From positions 288,001 to 352,000 of the forward strand of contig OY970172.1 of assembly GCA_963707655.1 (NCBI GenBank): a DNA stretch of 64,000 nucleotides, written 5' to 3'. Below the pieces are notes generated by a model, which was not told the origin of the DNA, did not search any database, and saw only the letters and a list, made by a program, of their open reading frames with translations. Positions 20,449 to 28,141 of the stretch are shown here, piece after piece; positions within the stretch are counted from its first letter, which is position 1; every line of letters starts with the position of its first letter. A program made the translations under genes and the position numbers. This DNA comes from an uncultured bacterium. GTDB taxonomy: Bacteria > Babelota > Babeliae > Babelales > Vermiphilaceae.

Positions 20449-22137
20449 TTGAGTGCTATGGTAGATATGTACGAATCAAAATTGTGGCGGTTGTCGTTTT
20501 TTATGATAGTTATAGTCGTGGTAGGTGGCTATGGCTTGTATAGCTTGCGCAATGAGCAGCGGCGGCTTGTCAAAAAAGTTGAATATTTACAAACACGTGA
20601 CCTTGAGCTTTCAACCAACATCGCAGTTCCGCAAAATCAGAATACCGTTACCGAGCGTTTGGTCACTAAAAGTGACGTATGGCGCCCAATACAAGATAAA
20701 ATTAAAGACACGGTAGTACAGGTCTTTGCGCAAATCGCAGAGCAGGATATTTTGCAGCCGTATAGAACACCAAATCAGGGTGCCAGTTGTGGCAGTGGTT
20801 TTTTTATTAGCGAACAGGGCTATTTGCTTACCAATGCTCATGTGGTGAATCAGGCAAAAGCTATCTGGATTCAGATTCCTTCATTGGGCAAATGCATCAT
20901 TGATGCTGAGCTGATTGGCATGAGCGAGCGTGATATTGCTTTATTGCGCGTGCGCCCGGAAGGCCTCAATTTAATAAAAACAGTCTTGGGCAAAATTCCT
21001 TATCTTGTCTTGGGAGATTCAGATGCGGTACGCCGCGCTGACGACGTATTGGCTGTTGGTTATCCTCTTGGCCAACAATCATTAAAGAGTACCACTGGCG
21101 TAATTAGTGGACGCGAGCAGGGAATGATTCAGATCAGTGCAGCAATTAATCCGGGCAGTTCTGGCGGACCTTTAATTAATAATAACGGCGAAGTTATCGG
21201 TATTAATACGGCCAAGATTATGGGTGCCGATAACGTTGGCTATAGCACAGCGATTAATGATTTTAAAATTATTTCCAACGATTTGTACACCACTAAAGTT
21301 TTACGCAAACCTCATTTGGGCGTTGCTATCACCAACGCGTCCGATGCGATGACCGAATTTTTGGGCAACCCGGCACCGGGTGGTTGTTATGTTGCCGTGG
21401 TCGTTAAAGGAAGCCCGCTGTACAAAGCGGGAGTAGAGCGTGGTGATATGATTTATTCTATCAATGGCCTTCAGCTTGATATTTTTGGTGAAATGAACGT
21501 GCCTTGGCATGAAGACAAGATTTCATTGATTGATTACGTGGCGCGCCTTTCTATTGGGCAAGATGTAAACTTGGTCGTGTATCGCAATGGGGAGCGTAAA
21601 GAGTTTACCGTTGCATTTAATCAGACTGAATTGCCACCCGTTCATATGATATATCCGGGATACGAGCCTCTTGATTATGAAATTATTGCCGGTATGGTGG
21701 TGATGCCACTTACCTTAAACCACATTCATACATTAATGAGTGTAGCGCCGGGGCTTTCACAATATGCAGAAGTGCATTCTCAAGGCGAGCCAACACTGAT
21801 TATTACGCACATCTTCCCGAACTCGCAAATATACCGCACCCGCAGCGTGTTGCCTGGATCAACATTAAAAGAAATAAATGGCATTAAAGTAGGCACACTT
21901 GCCGATTTGCGCGCCGCCATTAACAAAGGTGCCAAAGAGAAGTTCTTGACCATTAAGGCCGCCGATAATATGATGCGCGCCGCTGACCATGTTTTTGTTG
22001 CCTTGTCTTTGGATAAAGTGCTTGATGAAGAACAAAACTTGTCGCGCGATTATAAATATCCGATTTCATCATCGGTAAAAGAATTGCTGGCGCAGCGCAC
22101 TAAAAAAGAAGAACAAAAAACTTCACACGTCGTATAA
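20449..22137 (+). CDS. HtrA/DegP-like trypsin serine protease with PDZ domains and N-terminal TM anchor
   Basis: GSGF, LTNAHVV, DIAL, AAINPGSSGGPL catalytic motifs; PDZ-like GDMIYSING. Confidence 0.92.
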   Translation: MSAMVDMYESKLWRLSFFMIVIVVVGGYGLYSLRNEQRRLVKKVEYLQTRDLELSTNIAVPQNQNTVTERLVTKSDVWRPIQDKIKDTVVQVFAQIAEQDILQPYRTPNQGASCGSGFFISEQGYLLTNAHVVNQAKAIWIQIPSLGKCIIDAELIGMSERDIALLRVRPEGLNLIKTVLGKIPYLVLGDSDAVRRADDVLAVGYPLGQQSLKSTTGVISGREQGMIQISAAINPGSSGGPLINNNGEVIGINTAKIMGADNVGYSTAINDFKIISNDLYTTKVLRKPHLGVAITNASDAMTEFLGNPAPGGCYVAVVVKGSPLYKAGVERGDMIYSINGLQLDIFGEMNVPWHEDKISLIDYVARLSIGQDVNLVVYRNGERKEFTVAFNQTELPPVHMIYPGYEPLDYEIIAGMVVMPLTLNHIHTLMSVAPGLSQYAEVHSQGEPTLIITHIFPNSQIYRTRSVLPGSTLKEINGIKVGTLADLRAAINKGAKEKFLTIKAADNMMRAADHVFVALSLDKVLDEEQNLSRDYKYPISSSVKELLAQRTKKEEQKTSHVV

Positions 22138-22143
22138 ATTATC

Positions 22144-22204
22144 GGAAAGAACACAATGAAAAAGGCCCTGATTAAAATAGGGCCTTTTTCATTGTGTTCT
22201 TTCC
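22144..22204. terminator. Long hairpin (26-bp perfect arms), probable terminator
   Basis: GGAAAGAACACAATGAAAAAGGCCCT-9 nt-AGGGCCTTTTTCATTGTGTTCTTTCC. Confidence 0.7.
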
Positions 22205-22245
22205 TCCTGAAGTGTTATCTTTTAAATAAAAAAAGGGGCATTTTC

Positions 22246-23169
22246 ATGATGAAAAAGATTGTATGTTTTTCTGCGTTTTTGGTTTTTATCCCGACACAGA
22301 GCGCTGAGCTTAACCCGAGAAAAAGAACATTCGCCTCGCTGAGTCAGGAGGATCAGCAGGCGGCTCTTGCCGTCGCGCAAGACTATGCAGATAATCCTTT
22401 TGTCTTGCCGCAACACAATCTATCTGACATTGTTGCCCCTGCGGCTAAAAGACGGGCATTAGTCGGTGCTGCTCCTGATAATCAAGTAATAGATCTTACC
22501 GTTACTTCTCCAAATGAAAATATTCAGGAGATACCTCGTGCTGCATCGCCGATGCAACAGTCAATGGCAGCGGCCCCGCATATTTTTGTGGAAACATTAT
22601 TTTCGCCCCGCGATAACATCAAAGATCATTTAGTAAAGCTCATCCATTCGGAGTTGAAGGGAATTTTAGTAACCTCATATACCTTTACCGACGAAGATAT
22701 CGCCCAAGCACTCATAGAGGCATCTCGCAGAGGGGTGAATGTAGAAGTAATTGTTGATGGGGAGCAGACATGCAAGTTTTTCAATATGTGGAAGATTGTC
22801 AGAAGGATTGCCAACAATCGCATTTCAGTATGGACATATGCTCGAGCGCGTGGCATTATGCATGACAAATTCATTATATTTCAGGATAATGTATATCGTA
22901 CTTTTTCTTCATTGTTGTGGACCGGTTCATTTAATTTGACGCAAAAAGCAAATAAGAATAATAGAGAAAATGTGGTGATTGCGAATGGCGCGGAGGTGAC
23001 GAATGCTTTTCAAAATGAGTTTACTACGTTGAAACGGCAGAGCGATCAAGAGATACCACCTCTGAGTTTCGTTTCGTGTCCACAGTGCAATGAAGATAGA
23101 CTTAAGGCAATTAATGGGGCTATTAAATGTACAAACTGTGGTTTTACACATCCCTATATTTATCAATGA
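22246..23169 (+). CDS. Secreted single-HKD phospholipase D/Nuc-family nuclease with C-terminal zinc ribbon
   Basis: FSP, YTFTD..IAQAL..A.RRGV.V.VIVD, MHDKFIIFQD, TGSFNLT..A...NRENV; CPQC..CTNC; ATG 22246 after an AGGGG RBS. Confidence 0.88.
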   Translation: MMKKIVCFSAFLVFIPTQSAELNPRKRTFASLSQEDQQAALAVAQDYADNPFVLPQHNLSDIVAPAAKRRALVGAAPDNQVIDLTVTSPNENIQEIPRAASPMQQSMAAAPHIFVETLFSPRDNIKDHLVKLIHSELKGILVTSYTFTDEDIAQALIEASRRGVNVEVIVDGEQTCKFFNMWKIVRRIANNRISVWTYARARGIMHDKFIIFQDNVYRTFSSLLWTGSFNLTQKANKNNRENVVIANGAEVTNAFQNEFTTLKRQSDQEIPPLSFVSCPQCNEDRLKAINGAIKCTNCGFTHPYIYQ

Positions 23170-23203
23170 TTATCAACTTCAATAGCTTTTCATCAGGTAT
23201 ATT

Positions 23204-23935
23204 ATGGCTAAAAAACGATTAGATCAATTATTACAAGAATTATTGCCCGCGTATAGTCGCCAGCAGATTCAAAGTTGGATTATGCAAGGCAAGGTTAAAG
23301 TAGGTGGGGCCGTTGTCACCAAGCCGGGCGTTGCAACGGCAGATGATGCAAAAATTGAATATGATATTCAAGAACCAAAATATGTGAGCCGTGCCGGATT
23401 TAAGCTTGAAAAAGCGCTGGATGAATTCAATATTGATGTTGCGGGATTGACCGCATTGGACGCGGGTCTTTCAACTGGCGGCTTTTCTGATTGTTTATTA
23501 CAACGTGGCATTGCAAAAATTTATGGGGTTGATGTTGGCTATGGCCAGGCACATGAAAAAATACGAGCCAATCCACGTGTGCTGGTGATGGAGCGCACCA
23601 ACCTGCGTGATCTGCACGATTTGGGCCAAAAGGTTGATATAGTAACTCTTGATCTCTCATTTATTTCAGTGTTGAAAGTTATGGATGCGGTGAGTGAGCT
23701 ACTCAAAGATAATGGCAAACTGGTAGTATTAATAAAGCCACAATTTGAAGCGCAAAAGCATGAAGTCGGCAAAGGTGGTATTGTGCGCGATGATACAGTG
23801 CGTGAATATGTAGTAGCGCAAGTGACCAATGGCATTGTTGCTCATGGCTATGTATTGCAGGGCCTTGTTGAATCACCCATTACCGGAACTGACGGTAATA
23901 GAGAATTCTTGGCTTATTTCCTCAAGAAACAATAG
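23204..23935 (+). CDS. tlyA: TlyA family rRNA methyltransferase/hemolysin
   Basis: S4 domain; YVSRAGFKLEKAL, DAGLSTGGFSDCLLQ, DVGYGQ, DLSFIS, LIKPQFE, SPITG.DGN.EF. Confidence 0.95.
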   Translation: MAKKRLDQLLQELLPAYSRQQIQSWIMQGKVKVGGAVVTKPGVATADDAKIEYDIQEPKYVSRAGFKLEKALDEFNIDVAGLTALDAGLSTGGFSDCLLQRGIAKIYGVDVGYGQAHEKIRANPRVLVMERTNLRDLHDLGQKVDIVTLDLSFISVLKVMDAVSELLKDNGKLVVLIKPQFEAQKHEVGKGGIVRDDTVREYVVAQVTNGIVAHGYVLQGLVESPITGTDGNREFLAYFLKKQ

Positions 23936-23975
23936 TCAAAAGCTGCTTTTTTTGATACAAATTAAATAACACTAT

Positions 23976-24049
23976 GCACCCGTGCTTTTAGCCGTCGCTG
24001 CTAAAGCTGCTATGGCGTAACAAATCAAAATTTACGGGCCTGCTCCAAG
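23976..24049. repeat. Bulged palindrome family copy upstream of tRNA-Arg(TCG)
   Basis: CCGTCGC-TGCTAAAGCT-GCTATGGCG inside outer CCCGT...ACGGG arms. Confidence 0.6.
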
Positions 24050-24061
24050 GGCTCAGCACAT

Positions 24062-24089
24062 TTGAAATAAAATGCATAAGATATAAGTT
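24062..24089 (+). promoter_or_regulatory. Putative sigma70 promoter of tRNA-Arg(TCG)
   Basis: TTGAAA-16 nt-TAAGTT; similar sequence precedes tRNA-Arg(CCT). Confidence 0.5.
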
Positions 24090-24097
24090 ATTAACAT

Positions 24098-24174
24098 GCG
24101 CCTGTAGCTCAATTGGATAGAGTACCGGACTTCGAATCCGTTGGTTGTAGGTTCGACTCCTACCAGGCGCACCA
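24098..24174 (+). tRNA. tRNA-Arg(TCG)
   Basis: GCGCCTGTAGCTCAATTGGATAGAGTACCGGA-CTTCGAA-TCCGTTGGTTGTAGGTTCGACTCCTACCAGGCGCACCA. Confidence 0.96.
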
Positions 24175-24331
24175 GCCTTCGCCAAGGCTACGGCTGGCGG
24201 GTCAATACTGGAGGAAAAAGAATTAATATCGATAGAAAAAAAGCGTAGGCTGTTCCTCCGTCGCTAAAGCTATGGCGAGACAAGCCGGCCCCCGTGCCGA
24301 CAAAGCTTCTAGCGAAGTCGCACGGCACGCC
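24172..24331. mobile_element. ORF-less (MITE-like) palindrome cluster at the tRNA 3' end, homologous to the left end of the GIY-YIG unit
   Basis: CCAGCCTTCGC-CAAG-GCTACGGCTGG...GAGGAAAAAGA...GATAG...GCGTAGGCTGT aligns by eye with 27553-27647; two more palindromes follow. Confidence 0.65.
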
Positions 24332-24384
24332 AGTTTTTTAATTAATAGAAGTAAGTTATATCCACAAACTCGTCAGGTCTTTTT

Positions 24385-24744
24385 ATGAAAAATCAATTTT
24401 TTTTGATGATAATTTTTTGTTCAATCTCAACTATTGTTCACCCGATGTCCTTAGACAAGGCAAGTGAGGTTAAGTTAATAGAGCAAGTAAAGAAAGAGAA
24501 TGTTGAGAGAAAGTATTGGCCCAGTGATGCAGTTGTAACGTTGGAAGAATTTTATAAGATGTCAGATAATAATGCTCCTAATCCAAGATATTTTGTCAGA
24601 GCTTGCGGGCGTTGGGCAGTAGTTGTTTGCCCCCTGGACGCCGACCCCATGTCACAGGGTAAGCTAGCATTGGCTAGCAGGGGGGCGCAGGGATCTTTTG
24701 ATAAAAAAGAGCTAGAGTCATTTGGTGTTCAGCTACCAGAATAA
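24385..24744 (+). CDS. Secreted hypothetical protein
   Basis: 119 aa; signal MKNQFFLMIIFCSISTIVHP-M. Confidence 0.65.
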   Translation: MKNQFFLMIIFCSISTIVHPMSLDKASEVKLIEQVKKENVERKYWPSDAVVTLEEFYKMSDNNAPNPRYFVRACGRWAVVVCPLDADPMSQGKLALASRGAQGSFDKKELESFGVQLPE

Positions 24745-24802
24745 AATAATGAAAGCGTTCAAATTTAAAAATATTCCATAACAATATCGACGAAGTTTTA
24801 TC

Positions 24803-25534
24803 ATGTTTATGTTAATTATAACCATTATTATGATGGCATCTTTTTTTGTTTTCACATCTGTCTTTACGGCACGTTATTGTTTTGGTTTTTTGGCGCGCAG
24901 ATTTTATACTGTTGGGGAGCTTTCAGCTGAATTTCGTGCTCAGTTTGCTTCACAATTGGCGCAATGTCCGTTGCCGTGTAAGCGATTTATTAGTTCTAAA
25001 ATTTCAGAAATTTGGAAAGGCCCTGATAATCGCCCGATAATTTATGCTGCTGGTGAAATTTATATTAATGAGGATTTTTGTAAACATTTTTCACCTGAAG
25101 TATTTGCTGCGGGATTGGCATATGAGCAAGCGCATCATGATTCCGGTTTTTATATATATGCAGAGTTAATGATGTTTATACTTTTTGTTGGCTGTGTTCC
25201 TTTAATTACCATTTTAAATAGTACATTGCAGTCGATGGTTGCAACCGACCATCCGTGGATGATAGTATCTGCCATTGCTTATATAGTTAATCTCTTGTAT
25301 GTATGGCCATTATTGCAATTTATTATACTAATTGGCTGCGCGATACTTTTAGAATATGCACTGGGCGAATCAGTGGTGAATTTTTATGCAGCAAGAGGCT
25401 ATGATCTTAAGGGTTTATTGAGGTATTTAAAATATGTTGAAAGCCACGTAACAATTGGTGTGAATAGAGCATTCAACATTACTTCAAACCGCAAGCATTG
25501 TGAAAAGCTTTTAGAAGATAAATCTACGCTATAA
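24803..25534 (+). CDS. Membrane protein, degenerate M48-peptidase-like
   Basis: TM helices; EIYINEDF...EVFAAGLAYEQAHH resembles the M48 'AVLAHElgH' helix but lacks the first His. Confidence 0.55.
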   Translation: MFMLIITIIMMASFFVFTSVFTARYCFGFLARRFYTVGELSAEFRAQFASQLAQCPLPCKRFISSKISEIWKGPDNRPIIYAAGEIYINEDFCKHFSPEVFAAGLAYEQAHHDSGFYIYAELMMFILFVGCVPLITILNSTLQSMVATDHPWMIVSAIAYIVNLLYVWPLLQFIILIGCAILLEYALGESVVNFYAARGYDLKGLLRYLKYVESHVTIGVNRAFNITSNRKHCEKLLEDKSTL

Positions 25535-25674
25535 ATTGACTTATAAAGATGCATAATTCACGACAACAAAATCAGATTACACAACTATTGATCTATAAAG
25601 ATTTATTATATTAAGTTAAAATTTGAGAACTAATAGCAAATATCAAGATTTATTAAATAAAATGGATTTTACCT

Positions 25675-25893
25675 ATGGCATGGTACGATATACCCTCGGT
25701 TAAACTCGAAGATATTCAAGAAAACGGTGAAATCGTTGGTGTTCAAATGAGTGCGAAAGACTTTAATCGACTCATTGAAACAATGGAAGACCTTTTAGAC
25801 AACCTAGCTGTTGAAAAAGTAAAAAAAGAAAAAAATCCCAAATTCTATAGCCATGAAGAAATAAAACAGTTAATCGCAAGAAAAAAACGATGA
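25675..25893 (+). CDS. Putative type II antitoxin
   Basis: 72-aa acidic protein (V.MSAKDFNRLIETMEDLLD...YSHEEIK) overlapping the downstream RelE gene via ATGA. Confidence 0.75.
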   Translation: MAWYDIPSVKLEDIQENGEIVGVQMSAKDFNRLIETMEDLLDNLAVEKVKKEKNPKFYSHEEIKQLIARKKR

Positions 25894-26174
25894 CGTTTAT
25901 CAATCATTTAAAAGGCTATCAATTGAGTTATGCTTTAAAAGCTAAAAAATACCTTGAAAAGCTTGATAAAAAAACCGCTTTGCATATTTACAAAAAATTG
26001 GAACTGCTGGTAAGTGGCAACGAAAATCTCGATGTAAAAAAACTAGTTGGCAAAGCAGAACCTCAGTATAGACTGCGCATCGGTGATATTAGAGTGATAT
26101 ATGAAGTCAGGGAACACGAAGTAATTGTGTACGTTATTGAAATTGGGCATAGAAAAGAAATATATAGAGACTAA
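25890..26174 (+). CDS. RelE/ParE family type II toxin
   Basis: AKKYLEKLDK, KKLVG, YRLRIGDIRVIYEV, VIEIGHRKEIYR. Confidence 0.9.
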   Translation: MTFINHLKGYQLSYALKAKKYLEKLDKKTALHIYKKLELLVSGNENLDVKKLVGKAEPQYRLRIGDIRVIYEVREHEVIVYVIEIGHRKEIYRD

Positions 26175-26176
26175 TT

Positions 26177-26338
26177 ATGAATAAAAAAAAGAAGATTATA
26201 AAACCAACTTTTTACTACAATGACAAAAAAGAACCGGTCCTCGTGCGACTTTCTAAAGAAGATTTCGATTATTTTTATAAAGAACTTACCAAACTATCAA
26301 ACGCTGCAAAAAAAATAGTAACTCGTAAAAAGGGTTAA
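26177..26338 (+). CDS. Small 53-aa protein resembling the antitoxin N-terminal region (not in ORF track)
   Basis: MNKKKKIIKPTFYYNDKKEPVLVRLSKEDFDYFYKELTKLSNAAKKIVTRKKG; starts 2 nt after the toxin stop. Confidence 0.55.
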   Translation: MNKKKKIIKPTFYYNDKKEPVLVRLSKEDFDYFYKELTKLSNAAKKIVTRKKG

Positions 26339-26420
26339 TTTATACGCAGCCTGCTACTGGCTCTACTCTTCATGCGTAAATTCGCACAAGTTTTGGCCGG
26401 GATTAAACAATCCGTGCTTT

Positions 26421-27236
26421 TCAGTTTATCTCCAAAATCAACTGCCCGGCTTCTATAGCATAGCCACCGACCTTAATGCCATTGCTCGGATCAACATAAA
26501 TTTGCCCTACTTTGCCAAGCATGTGCCCCTGTTCAACTATGATAGGTGTCTCAAGCGCATAATGCTTGTTAAGATAAGCTCCAAGCGCACCTGCTGCTAC
26601 CCCTGTAACGGGGTCTTCATTTACGCCCGTTGAAGGATTAAATTGTCGCGCATTATAAAAATGATTATTTATTTTTACAAAAGCGTATATGCCTGTCGGA
26701 ACCAGCTCTTTTATTAATTCAAAATTTGGCCTCAAGCTCCATAGCGCTGCTATATCTTTTAACTCTACCAACAATTTTGGTGTTCCCGTAGAAACACGTA
26801 GAGGGGTATTAATTATGAATTCAGAAGCAATACCAAGCATTTGAGCAATGTCATGAGTATCATACTCTTGTTGATAAAATATCGGATTTGCTTGCTCCAT
26901 TTCTATCATACCGTCATCTTTTTTTGAGACGGATAAGATACCTGCTAGAGTTTCTTGCGTTAACGTTTTTACCGATTCATCATGATCCAGCAAATGAAAC
27001 AATGCTATAGTAGCGTGCCCACAAAGATTCATTTCTTTTTTTGGGGTAAAAAACCTTACTTTGACAGTGGCAATAGCTGATTTTTGGATAAAAGCACATT
27101 CTGAATAACCAGTTTTCTGGACAATACTCATCATCTGTTCATCTGTTAAACTATCAGCATCAAATACAATTCCTACAGGATTTCCCTGGGAACTATCGTT
27201 AGTAAATGATTTTAAAACATGTACTTTTATTTGCAT
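26421..27236 (-). CDS. PhzF family epimerase-like protein
   Basis: SFT...GNPVG, YSECAF, VRFFTP..EMNLCGHATIA, STG, EDPVTGVAAGALG, EQG; ATG at 27236. Confidence 0.92.
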   Translation of the reverse strand: MQIKVHVLKSFTNDSSQGNPVGIVFDADSLTDEQMMSIVQKTGYSECAFIQKSAIATVKVRFFTPKKEMNLCGHATIALFHLLDHDESVKTLTQETLAGILSVSKKDDGMIEMEQANPIFYQQEYDTHDIAQMLGIASEFIINTPLRVSTGTPKLLVELKDIAALWSLRPNFELIKELVPTGIYAFVKINNHFYNARQFNPSTGVNEDPVTGVAAGALGAYLNKHYALETPIIVEQGHMLGKVGQIYVDPSNGIKVGGYAIEAGQLILEIN

Positions 27237-27530
27237 ATTCTTGATCTGTTCTTGAAAGCAAGGGGTTTCGCTACTGAGACAATAACAATAAATCAAACTT
27301 ATAAAAAAATACCTTGCAGGAAGGTTGAGGCTAAAGTATACCAAGATATCCCCCAAAAGTAATTTTTAAATTATCTTTTCCCTATTAGGACAAGGCATAT
27401 TGCAGGAGAAGATGTCCTCATATCTATCAATACCATAAAGAAGAGGGGGTCTAAAAGACTTAGGTTTACCAAGTTTGGGATGCAAGCAGTAGTCGCTTAA
27501 TAGCATACATTGTGCTATTTTCTATAAAAG

Positions 27531-27562
27531 AGTTGCTGAAATAGACCGATAGGGCGCACCAG
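27531..27562 (+). repeat. Direct repeat R1 copy 1 (ends in a tRNA-Arg 3'-end copy GGGCGCACCA)
   Basis: AGTTGCTGAAATAGACCGATAGGGCGCACCAG; 31/32 identical to 30537-30568. Confidence 0.9.
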
Positions 27563-28061
27563 CCTACGCTCCAAGAGAGCTCCGGCTGGCGGTGCCAACA
27601 CTTGAGGAAAAAGAGCCACGATTGATAGCAAGAAGCGTAGGCTGTCCGCCGTAACTTGCCAAGCCGGAAGGCATGGATAAGTGCAGGCTGGACTGGCTGG
27701 CCACTCATGAAGCAAAATAGTTGCAGTCTTTATCTCACATACTTCAGTTTTCGAAAAATGGCATGTATTTTGTCTATATAATTCAATCTATTAATCATCC
27801 AGACCAAGTATATGTTGGAAAAACAACGAATCTAAAGAAGCGCTTATCTGATCATAACTGCGGAACTACTGCGCACACAGAAAAATATAAGCCTTGGAAA
27901 TTAGTAGTATATATTTGTTTTAATGATCAATTAAAAGCAATTGAATTTGAGAAATACCTTAAATCCGGCTCAGGAAGAGAGTTTAGGAATAAAAAGATTG
28001 CTATAGCTTGTGAGAGCGAAGACAGGCAAGCTTCGTCTGACTTACGTCAACAGCTCCCCTC
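27563..28061 (+). mobile_element. Candidate GIY-YIG-carrying, palindrome-flanked insertion unit
   Basis: Lies between R1 and R2, which are 3 nt apart at 30537-30601; palindromes at 27559-27589, 27641-27693 and ~28001-28050 flank the GIY-YIG ORF. Confidence 0.6.
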
Positions 28062-28086
28062 TTACCCATTCTTTGCATCTTCATAA
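27763..28086 (+). CDS. Small GIY-YIG endonuclease
   Basis: MYFVYIIQS...YVGKTTNLKKRLSDHN.G...HT.KYKPWKLV.Y..F....KA..FEKYLKSGSGR; ATG at 27763; C-terminus reads into the flanking palindrome. Confidence 0.92.
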   Translation: MYFVYIIQSINHPDQVYVGKTTNLKKRLSDHNCGTTAHTEKYKPWKLVVYICFNDQLKAIEFEKYLKSGSGREFRNKKIAIACESEDRQASSDLRQQLPSYPFFASS

Positions 28087-28091
28087 ATCCT
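28062..28091 (+). repeat. Direct repeat R2 copy 1
   Basis: TTACCCATTCTTTGCATCTTCATAAATCCT vs TTACCCATTCTTTCAATCTTGATAAATCCT at 30572-30601 (27/30). Confidence 0.85.
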
Positions 28092-28141
28092 TGGTATATC
28101 TACTAAGATTTTTTATAGGAATCTAACCTTTAGGAAGAGCT

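Noticed and set aside
22156..22245. Extended N-terminus of the PLD ORF from the ORF track
   Set aside because: It runs through a terminator hairpin; a better RBS and signal peptide start at 22246
27466..27715. Short ORFs over the palindromes (also 23988-24185, 36191-36388, 2666-2854)
   Set aside because: They are translations of repeats or antisense tRNA sequence, not credible genes
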